In this document: positions 55,680-64,000 of the stretch, in pieces | Position numbering within the stretch: position 1 is the stretch's first letter | How the letters are laid out: every line of letters begins with the position of its first letter | NCBI GenBank assembly: GCA_902796515.1 | Contig: CADBOZ010000122.1 | Coordinates: 10,924-74,923, forward strand | Direction: 5' to 3' | DNA from: an uncultured bacterium | GTDB lineage: Bacteria; Cyanobacteriota; Vampirovibrionia; Gastranaerophilales; Gastranaerophilaceae | DNA length: 64,000 bases | Made by a program: the position numbers and the translations under genes | Notes under the pieces: model-generated | Databases searched by the model: none | Told to the model about the DNA's origin: nothing | The model's input: the letters and a program-made list of their open reading frames with translations, nothing else

Positions 55680-57605
55680 TTATTTTTTATGTTTAATATT
55701 TGCAAAAGTTTTAAACAATCTTGTCTTTTCAGTCGGGACAAAACCTTTTTCAATAAAAAAGTCATCCTTAAAATCATATTTTTTCAATATCGGGATATTT
55801 AATTTTCCTGTTTTTTTAATATAATAGCCAATTGTATAATTTTTATCTTCAATTTTGTCCGTAAAATGTTTCGGATTGTTTGTTATTTCCCTGTTTTCCT
55901 TTATGATAATATAATCAAAATCATCAAGATTATTTTCTGTCATATAATTAAAACTTACAAATTTTAAGTTATAAGCTGTAAGTTTTTTTATTTCATAAAA
56001 TTGTTCGTGGTTTAAAACAAGAACCTTATCTTCTTTTTTGAATTTTTTAATAAATTCACCTGACATCAGGTAATCTTCAATTATTTCTTTATCTGTATAC
56101 GGACATTTTAAGATAATTTCGGATTTCATATTTTTGTCAAAATCAAATAATAGGAAAGTGTAAAGCGGACATCTTGATGACGAAATTGAATAAACGGTAA
56201 AATTATATATACAAAAAGGTAAAACTAAAAATTTAACAAAATTAACTCTCTTAAAATAACTAAAATAAAATGCAGGTACCGTTAAAGCAATAAATTCAAC
56301 AAAGTATCTTATTGAAAATAGTGATTTATCTATAGATACGCAGTGAATAATGAAATTCAGAACAAAAGTTATTCCGAAAACAGAAATCATTTTTATTTTT
56401 TTGTTTGTTGTTTTGAAAAATGCAAATAATGAAACGATGATAATATAAAGTATAAATAATGTTTCGGTAACGGAAAAACCCTTAACTCTTTCATCTCTCA
56501 TTATGAGAAACGGATTATTAATAAAATTTGAAATAAGAGTTTTAAAGTTATCAACTAAATTTAAAACTTTGTGTTCGGCTTGAAAAGTATAAGGGGCAAG
56601 AAAATTATGAAAATCAATATAGTTTAAAATGTAATTATAGCTTGAAAAAATAATAAAATTTAAAGTCAGACATAAAATGAATTTTAGTATATTATTATAA
56701 TTTTTTTTAAAGATTAAATTAAATGAAATAATTACAACAATAAAGGCAACAAAATCCATTATTGCCGTTGTTTTAATGCCTATAGCAATTGCATAGGCAA
56801 GAGAAGAAAAATAAATAAGTGCACAGGAATTTCTATTTGATGCCTTTATATAAAGATAAATGCTTGCAATAATAAAAGAGGCAGTTAGAATATCCGTTTG
56901 AAGGGATGGAATTTGAACAAGTATAAGTGCAAGTGATGAAAATACGAATATTGAAAACAGTGCTTTTCTTGTTGAGATTTTAAATTCTTTGAAAATATTA
57001 AATAATCCCGTAATAAGGAAAATAAAAGAAAAATAAGATAACAATCCGAATGAAAAATCATTATTTTTAAAAATATAAAAATAAGTGTAAATAATTTCAG
57101 AATTGAAAGGCATTATTATATTTCTTATTTCGTCCGTATCAAAATGATTAAATGAACCCTGTCTTATGAATTCAAACACTCTTGAAAAATAATAAAATCT
57201 GCTGTCCGGCTCAAGCGGAAGCGAATATATTGAAAGGAAAAGAAAACTTAAAAGCATAAATAAAAAGAAAAATAAAAACACAATAAGTGTCTTATCAAGC
57301 TTCAGAGAGTTATATATTTTTCTGAAAGTATCTTTCAAGTTTGGGATATACGGTTTTTTTGATAATTTGTACCAAAACAAAAAAGAAACAACAAAATTAA
57401 TAAAAGAAGCAATTATAATCGATTTTGTATTAAAAAGATGAAGAAGCGACAGAATTTCGCAATTTAAAACAATCAAACCAAATATGACAATAAAAAAAAT
57501 GAATAAATCCTCAAAAATTGAACAAATCAAGTAACTTGATATAAAATTTAGTAAAATTGTTAAAAACATGGTTTTGATTTTAACATTATACAATAAGACA
57601 GGCAA
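55680..57605 (-). CDS. large polytopic membrane protein, GT-C-fold-like; paralog of 16358..18436
   Basis: 641 aa. The likely start is the internal MFLTILLNFISSYL. Blocks shared with the paralog: LNxEILSL, PLEPDS, MP(F/I)NSEI(I/V)YT, IIFSSYNY(I/V)LN(Y/F)I. Confidence 0.5.
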   Translation of the reverse strand: MPVLLYNVKIKTMFLTILLNFISSYLICSIFEDLFIFFIVIFGLIVLNCEILSLLHLFNTKSIIIASFINFVVSFLFWYKLSKKPYIPNLKDTFRKIYNSLKLDKTLIVFLFFFLFMLLSFLFLSIYSLPLEPDSRFYYFSRVFEFIRQGSFNHFDTDEIRNIIMPFNSEIIYTYFYIFKNNDFSFGLLSYFSFIFLITGLFNIFKEFKISTRKALFSIFVFSSLALILVQIPSLQTDILTASFIIASIYLYIKASNRNSCALIYFSSLAYAIAIGIKTTAIMDFVAFIVVIISFNLIFKKNYNNILKFILCLTLNFIIFSSYNYILNYIDFHNFLAPYTFQAEHKVLNLVDNFKTLISNFINNPFLIMRDERVKGFSVTETLFILYIIIVSLFAFFKTTNKKIKMISVFGITFVLNFIIHCVSIDKSLFSIRYFVEFIALTVPAFYFSYFKRVNFVKFLVLPFCIYNFTVYSISSSRCPLYTFLLFDFDKNMKSEIILKCPYTDKEIIEDYLMSGEFIKKFKKEDKVLVLNHEQFYEIKKLTAYNLKFVSFNYMTENNLDDFDYIIIKENREITNNPKHFTDKIEDKNYTIGYYIKKTGKLNIPILKKYDFKDDFFIEKGFVPTEKTRLFKTFANIKHKK

Positions 57606-57641
57606 CTTTATTTTTGCATATTTTCCCGATATTTATAAAAA

Positions 57642-58229
57642 TTAGAAAATTAAATTATAGCATTCAAATAAGCTTAGAATATCTTTGTTTTTTATCGCCT
57701 GTTGAATTTTATTGTTAATTTCATTTAATTCTTCTTTGTTCGGTTTTTTAATTGAATCAGGAAGCTTAATTTGACTCGTATTTGAACAATCAACAAAACC
57801 TTTGTTTATGATTAAAAATTCTTTATATGCTTTTAAAATCGGCAAATACTTTTCATCTGGAACATAAGCTTTTCCCAGATAATATTTATAATCTCTGTTT
57901 AAACCTGTTTCAACCAGCTCGATTAAAAATGATATTTCACCCGTATATTCTTCTTCGGTTGTTTCTTCGCCGAGAAGCCTATTTCCTTCAATTTCCAAAT
58001 TATCAAATTGTGAAATATAAGATGCCCAAAGAAGACATCCCAAATAAAAAGCCGCATTTGTTTTTAGTAAATTTTCTATTTTTTTAAATACGGAAGGAAA
58101 ATTAATTTTTTTTAACCTTATATTTTTTGAAGCCGAAAACATATAATACGTATAGCCGACTGCGCCTATTGAATCAATCACAAGCGGAGTATATCCGGGA
58201 TCAAAAAGAATTTTTCTATTATCTTCCAT
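57642..58229 (-). CDS. hypothetical protein
   Basis: 195 aa, ORF track only. Lies upstream of and co-oriented with the GT-C-like paralog. Confidence 0.35.
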   Translation of the reverse strand: MEDNRKILFDPGYTPLVIDSIGAVGYTYYMFSASKNIRLKKINFPSVFKKIENLLKTNAAFYLGCLLWASYISQFDNLEIEGNRLLGEETTEEEYTGEISFLIELVETGLNRDYKYYLGKAYVPDEKYLPILKAYKEFLIINKGFVDCSNTSQIKLPDSIKKPNKEELNEINNKIQQAIKNKDILSLFECYNLIF

Positions 58230-58288
58230 ATAGATTATTTTATCTTAAAAATATTTTTATTGATAATTTTAAGTAGTATACTTTTATT

Positions 58289-59716
58289 ATGTTTACATTT
58301 ATTTTTGGAATTTTAATTTTAGTTTTCGGTTATATTTTTTATTCAAAATATATAGATAATATTTTCAAGCCGGATGATACCGAAACTCCCGCTTATAAAA
58401 TTAATGACGGGGTTGATTTTATCCCTATGTCGAAAATAAAAAATTCTCTGATTCATTTTTTAAATATTGCAGGAATGGGGCCTATAATCGGTGCTGTTCA
58501 GGGGATTTTATTCGGGCCTGTTGCGTTTATCTTAATTCCTGCAGGATGTATTTTAGCGGGCGGAGTTCACGATTATATAGCCGGAATGCTTTCAATCAGA
58601 AATAATGGCGCTCAAGTAACCGGTCTGATTGATAAATACCTCGGAAAAGGGTATTACAGAATTTTTATGGCAATAGTTTCCGTTATGCTCCTTTTGCTTG
58701 CCGCCGTTTTTGTGTATACATCCGGTGATTTGTTTGTGGAAAGATTTTTCAACATAAAAGATTTTACAATAACAAATCCGTATGTATCGGGAACATATAT
58801 TGTAATTCTTTCGTATTTTATATTAGCGGCATTGTTTCCGATTGATAAAATAATCGGGAGATTTTATCCGATACTGGGTTTAATGCTGATAATAGGTACG
58901 GGCTTAATTATTGTCGGTTTTATTTTCAAGGGAGTAAACTTACAAAACTTCAGTTTTTCAAATTATAATTTGCATCCCGATAAGCTTCCGCTTATTCCGA
59001 TGTTTTTTATGACGGTAAGCTGCGGATTGTTGTCAGGTTTTCATTCAACTCAGGCAACAATAATTTCAAGAACAATTTCAAATGAACGTCATTCAAAAAC
59101 GGTATTTTATGGGATGATGTGTCTTGAATCACTTATTGCAATGATTTGGGCTGCAGCCTCAATGGATATATACAGCTATAATCTTGCTCCTGAAAATATT
59201 ATAGGAACGGTTAATGTTGTAAATATTATTGCAAATAAATTTCTGCCTTTAAATTTAGCCTTTCTTGTAACATTGGCTATAATTGTTCTTCCGATTACAT
59301 CGGGCGATACGGCACTTCGCGGTTTAAGAATTACAATAGCCGACAGTTTACATCTTGAACAGAAGAAAATTATTAACAGATTGGTAATAATTGTTCCTAT
59401 TACGATTGTTCTTTTCTTGATTTTATTCTGGGCAAAAAGCAGTGCAGGCAGTTTCTCTTTAATATGGCGTTATTTTACATTTTTCAATCAATTAATTGCA
59501 ATACCCGTTTTACTTTGCGGAACGGTATATCTGTATAAAGAAAATAAAAACTATTTTATAGCCTTAATACCCGCTTTATTTTATGTTTTTATTACAATGT
59601 CCTTTATATTCAGCCAAAAAATCGGCTTTAATCTGCCTTTGAAATATTCTTATTTAATAGCCGTTATAATTACTTTTATTGTATTTTTTATTACAAAAAA
59701 ACTTGCAAAAAGGTAG
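58289..59716 (+). CDS. cstA: carbon starvation protein CstA-family transporter (short form)
   Basis: 475 aa. ...DFIPMSKIKNSLIHFLNIAGMGPIIGAVQGILFGPVAF... Polytopic. Confidence 0.8.
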   Translation: MFTFIFGILILVFGYIFYSKYIDNIFKPDDTETPAYKINDGVDFIPMSKIKNSLIHFLNIAGMGPIIGAVQGILFGPVAFILIPAGCILAGGVHDYIAGMLSIRNNGAQVTGLIDKYLGKGYYRIFMAIVSVMLLLLAAVFVYTSGDLFVERFFNIKDFTITNPYVSGTYIVILSYFILAALFPIDKIIGRFYPILGLMLIIGTGLIIVGFIFKGVNLQNFSFSNYNLHPDKLPLIPMFFMTVSCGLLSGFHSTQATIISRTISNERHSKTVFYGMMCLESLIAMIWAAASMDIYSYNLAPENIIGTVNVVNIIANKFLPLNLAFLVTLAIIVLPITSGDTALRGLRITIADSLHLEQKKIINRLVIIVPITIVLFLILFWAKSSAGSFSLIWRYFTFFNQLIAIPVLLCGTVYLYKENKNYFIALIPALFYVFITMSFIFSQKIGFNLPLKYSYLIAVIITFIVFFITKKLAKR

Positions 59717-59818
59717 ATATTACTAAATGTTAAGTTATATGTATACATTTAACTTATTTATAGTAGAATAAGATAGGATGTTTAATCCCCGTTAGTTATA
59801 AAGTTATAAGGAATAAAA

Positions 59819-61192
59819 ATGTACAATGTAGCTATTATTGGGGGTGGCCCCGCAGGTATTTTTACCGCTTTAGAAATTTCTAAGCTTAAACCTGATTGGA
59901 AAGTTCTTTTAATCGAAAAAGGAAGCAAAATAGAAAAAAGAAAATGCCCGATAAGAGAGGGTGTTAAAAAGTGCTTGTCCTGTAAAACTTGCGGTTTGCT
60001 TTGCGGATGGGGCGGAGCCGGAGCTTTTTCGGACGGAAAATTGACTTTAACTCCCGAAGTTGGCGGACACCTTGTTGATTATATGCCGTATAAGGAAGTT
60101 GAAGATTTAATCGAATATTGTGACAATATTTATTTGACTCACGGTGCAACAAAGACCGTATTCGGAACAAATAAAGAAGATTTTGCCGATATTGAACATG
60201 CTGCAACATTAGCTGAATTAAAGCTTGTTCATTCGCCTGTCAGACACCTTGGAACGGAAAAATCACTTTCTGTTTTAAAATCAATGCAGGACTACCTTTC
60301 GGATAGAATTGAAATAATTAACAATGAGCAGGTTGAAGAATTAATTATAGAAAACAATGTAATTAAAGGTTTTACAACCCGTCAGGGTAAAGAATATCAG
60401 GCGCAATACGTTGTAATAGCACCGGGAAGAGAAGGTGCAGACTGGCTTTCAAAACAATTTATTAAACACAAAATCAATATGATAAATAACGCGGTAGATG
60501 TTGGAGTCAGAGTTGAGCTTCCTGCTGCCGTTATGGAGCCTATAACCTCCAGACTTTACGAATCGAAATTAATATATCACTCACCGACATTCGGAGATGA
60601 GGTAAGAACTTTTTGCATGAATCCTAACGGTGAAGTTGTAAATGAAAATTATAACGGGATTTCAACCGTCAACGGACATTCTTATGCGGACAAAAAGACT
60701 CCGAATACAAACTTTGCGCTTCTTGTATCGAAGAAGTTTACGGAACCCTTCCATGAGCCGATTAAATACGGTCAGCACATTGCTTCATTAGCCAATATGT
60801 TATCGGGCGGAATTCTTGTTCAAAGGTTTGGTGATTTACTTGAAGGAAGACGCTCCACGCCTCAAAGAATAAAAGAATCAATAATTAAACCGACGTTGGA
60901 ATGTGCAACTCCCGGAGATTTAAGCCTTGTTTTACCTTACAGGCAGCTTTTAAGTATTATAGAAATGCTTTACGCTCTTGATAAAATAGCTCCGGGCGTA
61001 GCTTCAAGATATACTTTGCTTTACGGTATTGAAGTTAAATTTTATTCCGCAAGAGTGCTTGTATCAAACGAACTTGAAACAATGGGGGTTAAAAACCTCT
61101 TTACAATAGGTGACGGTGCCGGTGTTACAAGAGGACTTATGCAGGCAAGTGCTTCAGGAGTGCATGTTGCAAGAGTAATAGCAAAAAGATAA
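59819..61192 (+). CDS. FAD-dependent oxidoreductase (COG2509-like uncharacterised dehydrogenase)
   Basis: 457 aa. Dinucleotide fold VAIIGGGPAGIF, a Cys motif CPIREGVKKCLSCKTCGLLCGWGGAGAFSDGK, and a C-terminal GDGAGVTRG. Confidence 0.75.
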   Translation: MYNVAIIGGGPAGIFTALEISKLKPDWKVLLIEKGSKIEKRKCPIREGVKKCLSCKTCGLLCGWGGAGAFSDGKLTLTPEVGGHLVDYMPYKEVEDLIEYCDNIYLTHGATKTVFGTNKEDFADIEHAATLAELKLVHSPVRHLGTEKSLSVLKSMQDYLSDRIEIINNEQVEELIIENNVIKGFTTRQGKEYQAQYVVIAPGREGADWLSKQFIKHKINMINNAVDVGVRVELPAAVMEPITSRLYESKLIYHSPTFGDEVRTFCMNPNGEVVNENYNGISTVNGHSYADKKTPNTNFALLVSKKFTEPFHEPIKYGQHIASLANMLSGGILVQRFGDLLEGRRSTPQRIKESIIKPTLECATPGDLSLVLPYRQLLSIIEMLYALDKIAPGVASRYTLLYGIEVKFYSARVLVSNELETMGVKNLFTIGDGAGVTRGLMQASASGVHVARVIAKR

Positions 61193-61208
61193 AATTAAAA
61201 AGCGACAG

Positions 61209-61244
61209 AAAAATTGCCTGAATTTGATTTCAGGCAATTTTTTT
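61209..61244. terminator. bidirectional rho-independent terminator
   Basis: aaaaa-ttgcctgaa-tttgat-ttcaggcaa-ttttttt between convergent genes. Confidence 0.75.
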
Positions 61245-61252
61245 AAACTTTA

Positions 61253-61495
61253 TTATTCGGCTAATTTATTGTGGAATGTTCTTGATATAACGTCATCCTG
61301 CTGCTCTTTTGTCAGTTTTGTAAAATTAACAGCATATCCTGAAACTCTAACGGTTAATTGCGGATATTTTTCAGGATGTTTTTGAGCATCTATAAGTGTA
61401 TCTCTGTTAAAAACATTAACATTCAAGTGATGCCCGCCTTTTTCAACATATCCGTCCAATAAATTGATTAAATTTTCTTCCTGCTGAGTCGACAT
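61253..61495 (-). CDS. grcA: stand-alone glycyl-radical domain protein (GrcA/YfiD-like, minimal 80-aa form)
   Basis: 80 aa. [64 protein letters not shown] matches the C-terminal glycyl-radical domain of pyruvate formate-lyase (RVSGY). It has its own strong RBS (GGGGAGGG). Confidence 0.85.
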   Translation of the reverse strand: MSTQQEENLINLLDGYVEKGGHHLNVNVFNRDTLIDAQKHPEKYPQLTVRVSGYAVNFTKLTKEQQDDVISRTFHNKLAE

Positions 61496-61564
61496 AAACT
61501 ACCCTCCCCATGATTTTAATTATTAAACTATTATACCAGAAAACCTCATGACTTAAATAAATAT

Positions 61565-62509
61565 TTATTTTTTAATAATTTTACTTACTTCATGTGCCGT
61601 ACATAATGAATACGCCCTTGCAAGCGGTTGAGAAGAATTTTCAAATTCCCTAAAAATTTCTTTTTCGGATTTATTTTCAATCCTTATTACAAAATCATCA
61701 TCGTCATATTTCCTGAATCTGTTGTTTAAAACTTCATAGTGCGGAACATTTGATACGTTTTCGGGCGAGCTTAAAAATAATGATTCAAAATACACATCCA
61801 AAGTAAGTTTTTCTATCAAATTTGCTTCGGCAAATGCTTTATTTAATAAATCATTTAACGATTTTGCTTTAATATTTTCTTCTTTGACATTTGTATATTT
61901 TTTAATTAAATTGCGTATTGCTCTTAAAGACCCGCCCGTGCAGGTAAAATCAAGTACAATATTTAACTTGCCGTCATCTAAATCTTTTGATTTTATATAA
62001 TCGATTAAATATTTTAATGACGGAATTTTATCGGGACTATCTTTTTCAACATCAAGACTTCTTGCTCCTGTTGCGGGAATAAATAAAATATCATGTCCGA
62101 GAAGTGCGAGCTGTTCGCATAAAGGTGCGGGGGAAGTCCCTATTGAAATTATTCTTGCATTTTTATAATTTTCTTTAATATAATTATGGGCTTTTGAAAC
62201 TATAGTTGCCATAACCTGCGGAGTTATGCTGTCTTTAAGATTTTCATCGCAATATTTTTTTGCTTTTACTAAAGAATACGGGTGTTTTTTAACTATATCT
62301 TCGTATTCTTCTTTTGTTACTTTTCCTTTACGAATTAAAAATTTATTAAAATATTTTTCTTCTTTTTGTTTATGCAGTTTAATATTTTGAAAATGAGAAG
62401 ATATTGAGCCAAAAGAAAAACTGTTTTGGGGATATTCAGGTTTAATTTTCTTCGGGCGGCAAAAATTATTAAAATTAATTTTATTGACTGAAACGGGAGT
62501 AACTTGCAT
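61565..62509 (-). CDS. unknown-function protein, tandem array copy 1 (PRPP-loop-like motif IVLDFTCTGGSL)
   Basis: 314 aa. Blocks shared with the next two genes: KGKVTKEEYEDIVKKHP, RIISIGTSPAP, DDGKLNIVLDFTCTGGSL, SNVPHY, NSSQPLARAYSLCTAHEV. Confidence 0.6.
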   Translation of the reverse strand: MQVTPVSVNKINFNNFCRPKKIKPEYPQNSFSFGSISSHFQNIKLHKQKEEKYFNKFLIRKGKVTKEEYEDIVKKHPYSLVKAKKYCDENLKDSITPQVMATIVSKAHNYIKENYKNARIISIGTSPAPLCEQLALLGHDILFIPATGARSLDVEKDSPDKIPSLKYLIDYIKSKDLDDGKLNIVLDFTCTGGSLRAIRNLIKKYTNVKEENIKAKSLNDLLNKAFAEANLIEKLTLDVYFESLFLSSPENVSNVPHYEVLNNRFRKYDDDDFVIRIENKSEKEIFREFENSSQPLARAYSLCTAHEVSKIIKK

Positions 62510-63466
62510 CTATTGTTCACCTTTTAATTTGTTGATTTCATGCATTGTGCAAAGAGAAAATGCTCTTGCAAGCGGTTGAGAAGAATTTTTAAATTCTTCA
62601 AAAACAGCATCAGGTGTCTTATTATCCGTTCTTATAGTAAAAGTTCTTTTTGGATATTCTTTTTTATTTCTGTCAAAAACGGGAAAATGCGGAACATTCG
62701 AAATGTGTTCGACTTCAGAACATTTTATATCGCATTCTATATTATTTTTGCATTCTTCTTCGTCATAAGATGAATTTCTAAAAACGGCATCCATAATAAT
62801 ATTCAGGTTTGCAGCCCTGAATTTCAAGGATTCTTCAAATTCATCATAATGTTTATCAATAAAATCTATAACATTATCAAGGGTTTTTCCCGAAACAGTA
62901 TAATCAAGAATAAGATTTAGTTTGCCGTCATCTATATTTTTGCTTTTTAAATAGTCAAGAAGAATTCTTAATTGAGGATTGTTATATATTGAGTCTTTAT
63001 TGGGGTTGTATTTTCTGAAGCTTGAAAGCGGAAGATATACCGTATCGCACCCAAGTTGTTCAAGCTGCTCTGTTATGGGAGCGGGAGATGTTCCGATTGA
63101 TATAATTCTGAAATTTCTGTAATTTTTCTTTAAAAATTCATTGATTTTTAAAACAACCACGGCCATATCTTCGGGAGTTGCAATACCGCCGTAGTTTTTA
63201 TTGCAGTATTTTTTTGCTTCAATTAAAGTTGAAGGGTGGTTTTTAACTATATCTTCGTATTCTTCTTTCGTTACTTTTCCTTTATGGGTTAAAAATTCAT
63301 TAAAATATTCTTCTTCTCTTTTTTCAAGAAGTCTTACATTTTGCAATTGGGGAGATATTGAGCCAAAAGAAAATTCCTTTTCGGGTTTTTCGCCTTTAGT
63401 TTTATATACCTTGTTTATAGGCTTGTTATATTTTATTCGGGCAATTTTAATCGGAGAAATTATCAT
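62510..63466 (-). CDS. unknown-function protein, tandem array copy 2
   Basis: 318 aa. KGKVTKEEYEDIVKNHP, RIISIGTSPAP, DDGKLNLILDYTVSGKTL, SNVPHF, NSSQPLARAFSLCTMHEI. Its stop directly abuts the copy 1 start. Confidence 0.6.
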   Translation of the reverse strand: MIISPIKIARIKYNKPINKVYKTKGEKPEKEFSFGSISPQLQNVRLLEKREEEYFNEFLTHKGKVTKEEYEDIVKNHPSTLIEAKKYCNKNYGGIATPEDMAVVVLKINEFLKKNYRNFRIISIGTSPAPITEQLEQLGCDTVYLPLSSFRKYNPNKDSIYNNPQLRILLDYLKSKNIDDGKLNLILDYTVSGKTLDNVIDFIDKHYDEFEESLKFRAANLNIIMDAVFRNSSYDEEECKNNIECDIKCSEVEHISNVPHFPVFDRNKKEYPKRTFTIRTDNKTPDAVFEEFKNSSQPLARAFSLCTMHEINKLKGEQ

Positions 63467-64000
63467 TATTTTTTTCCTTTTGATTTATTAATTTCATGCA
63501 TGGTACAGAGTGCAAAAGCTCTTGCAAGAGGCTTTGAATAATTATCTAATTCTTTAAATATTTCTTCTTCGCTTTTATTTTCTGTTGTTACAACGGATGG
63601 TACAGTAGAATATACTTTTTTTGCGCGTTTCAACACGGGAAAATGAGGAATATTTGATATTTCTTCAATTTTACTTGATTTCATATCTTCAAGAATTTCC
63701 GTTTTTAATTCAATCCAATTTTTTCTTGTTCGATTTGAAATAGCAGGATGAATCAGCAGCTTATTTATTGAAACCGCTTCTATATTTTTATCCGAAATTC
63801 CGCAATATTCCTGAATAAAATTTTGAATTTTCTCGAGTGTATAACCTGAATATGTATAATCCAAAACAATATTATGTTTATCATTATCAATATTTTTAGT
63901 ATTCAGATAATTTGCAAGTATTTTTAAATCCGGCTCATTTTCAAAAGTATGCAGTTTTTTCTCATACGGTCTGAAACCTGAAATCGGAACAAAAACAATA
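63466..64000 (-). CDS. unknown-function protein, tandem array copy 3 (partial; N-terminus beyond the window end)
   Basis: The track lists 63466..63864 from an internal TTG. My hand translation stays open up to nt 64000 (...IVFVPISGFRPYEKKLHTFENEPDLKILANYLNTKNIDNDKHNIVLDYTYSGYTLEK...) and keeps aligning with copies 1 and 2. The C-terminus is NYSKPLARAFALCTMHEI. Confidence 0.6.
   Translation of the reverse strand, partial: IVFVPISGFRPYEKKLHTFENEPDLKILANYLNTKNIDNDKHNIVLDYTYSGYTLEKIQNFIQEYCGISDKNIEAVSINKLLIHPAISNRTRKNWIELKTEILEDMKSSKIEEISNIPHFPVLKRAKKVYSTVPSVVTTENKSEEEIFKELDNYSKPLARAFALCTMHEINKSKGKK

Noticed and set aside
1-64000. Mobile elements, prophage, defence islands, CRISPR arrays, tRNA or rRNA genes
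   Set aside because: I saw no integrase, transposase, recombinase, reverse transcriptase, restriction-modification, cas or toxin-antitoxin-like gene. I also saw no cloverleaf-like or rRNA-like sequence in the few intergenic gaps longer than 100 nt.

Overview
Visibly AT-rich chromosomal window, densely coded with about 60 CDS on both strands. It comes from a flagellated diderm bacterium that looks anaerobic. I found no rRNA, tRNA, CRISPR array, transposase, integrase or prophage genes, so this reads as core chromosome rather than an accessory island. There are three separate flagellar loci. The first is SLT-flgF-flgG-flgA-flgH-flgI-flgJ(rod-binding only)-x-x-flgK-flgL (2.0-10.5 kb, + strand). 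The second is fliF-fliG-fliH-fliI (22.1-27.1 kb, - strand). The third is fliM-fliN plus a CheY-like receiver (43.9-45.8 kb, - strand). Between them are housekeeping genes: bamA/Omp85, ribH, miaA, polA, priA, coaD, metG, htpX, rsfS and a yaaT/PSP1-like gene. Also present are RNase P RNA (about 46473-46814), a group-B-like [FeFe]-hydrogenase with a small 2Fe-2S ferredoxin partner, glucan metabolism genes (a partial GH57 hydrolase at the left edge and a 926-aa glycogen-synthase-like protein), transporters (MFS, DMT/DUF486, SNF, CstA, an orphan MalK-like ABC ATPase) and an 80-aa GrcA-like glycyl-radical protein. A 3-POTRA Omp85, GH57, [FeFe]-hydrogenase and L/P-ring flagellum in a very AT-rich genome would fit a non-photosynthetic cyanobacteria-related gut lineage (Melainabacteria/Vampirovibrionia-like). 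That placement is inference only. The most unusual content is: (i) a head-to-tail array of at least 3 paralogous genes of unknown function at 61.5-64.0 kb, with a PRPP-loop-like motif and an invariant C-terminus; (ii) a tandem pair of GNAT-like genes at 30.8-32.1 kb carrying the same kind of non-hydrophobic N-terminal leader as that array; (iii) two distant paralogs of a large polytopic, GT-C-like membrane protein; (iv) a PAS-histidine-kinase-like protein with degenerate catalytic motifs; (v) tandem divergent thymidylate-kinase-like genes next to polA. CDS coordinates come from the supplied ORF track. Coordinates of small non-coding features were counted by hand and may be off by 1-2 nt.
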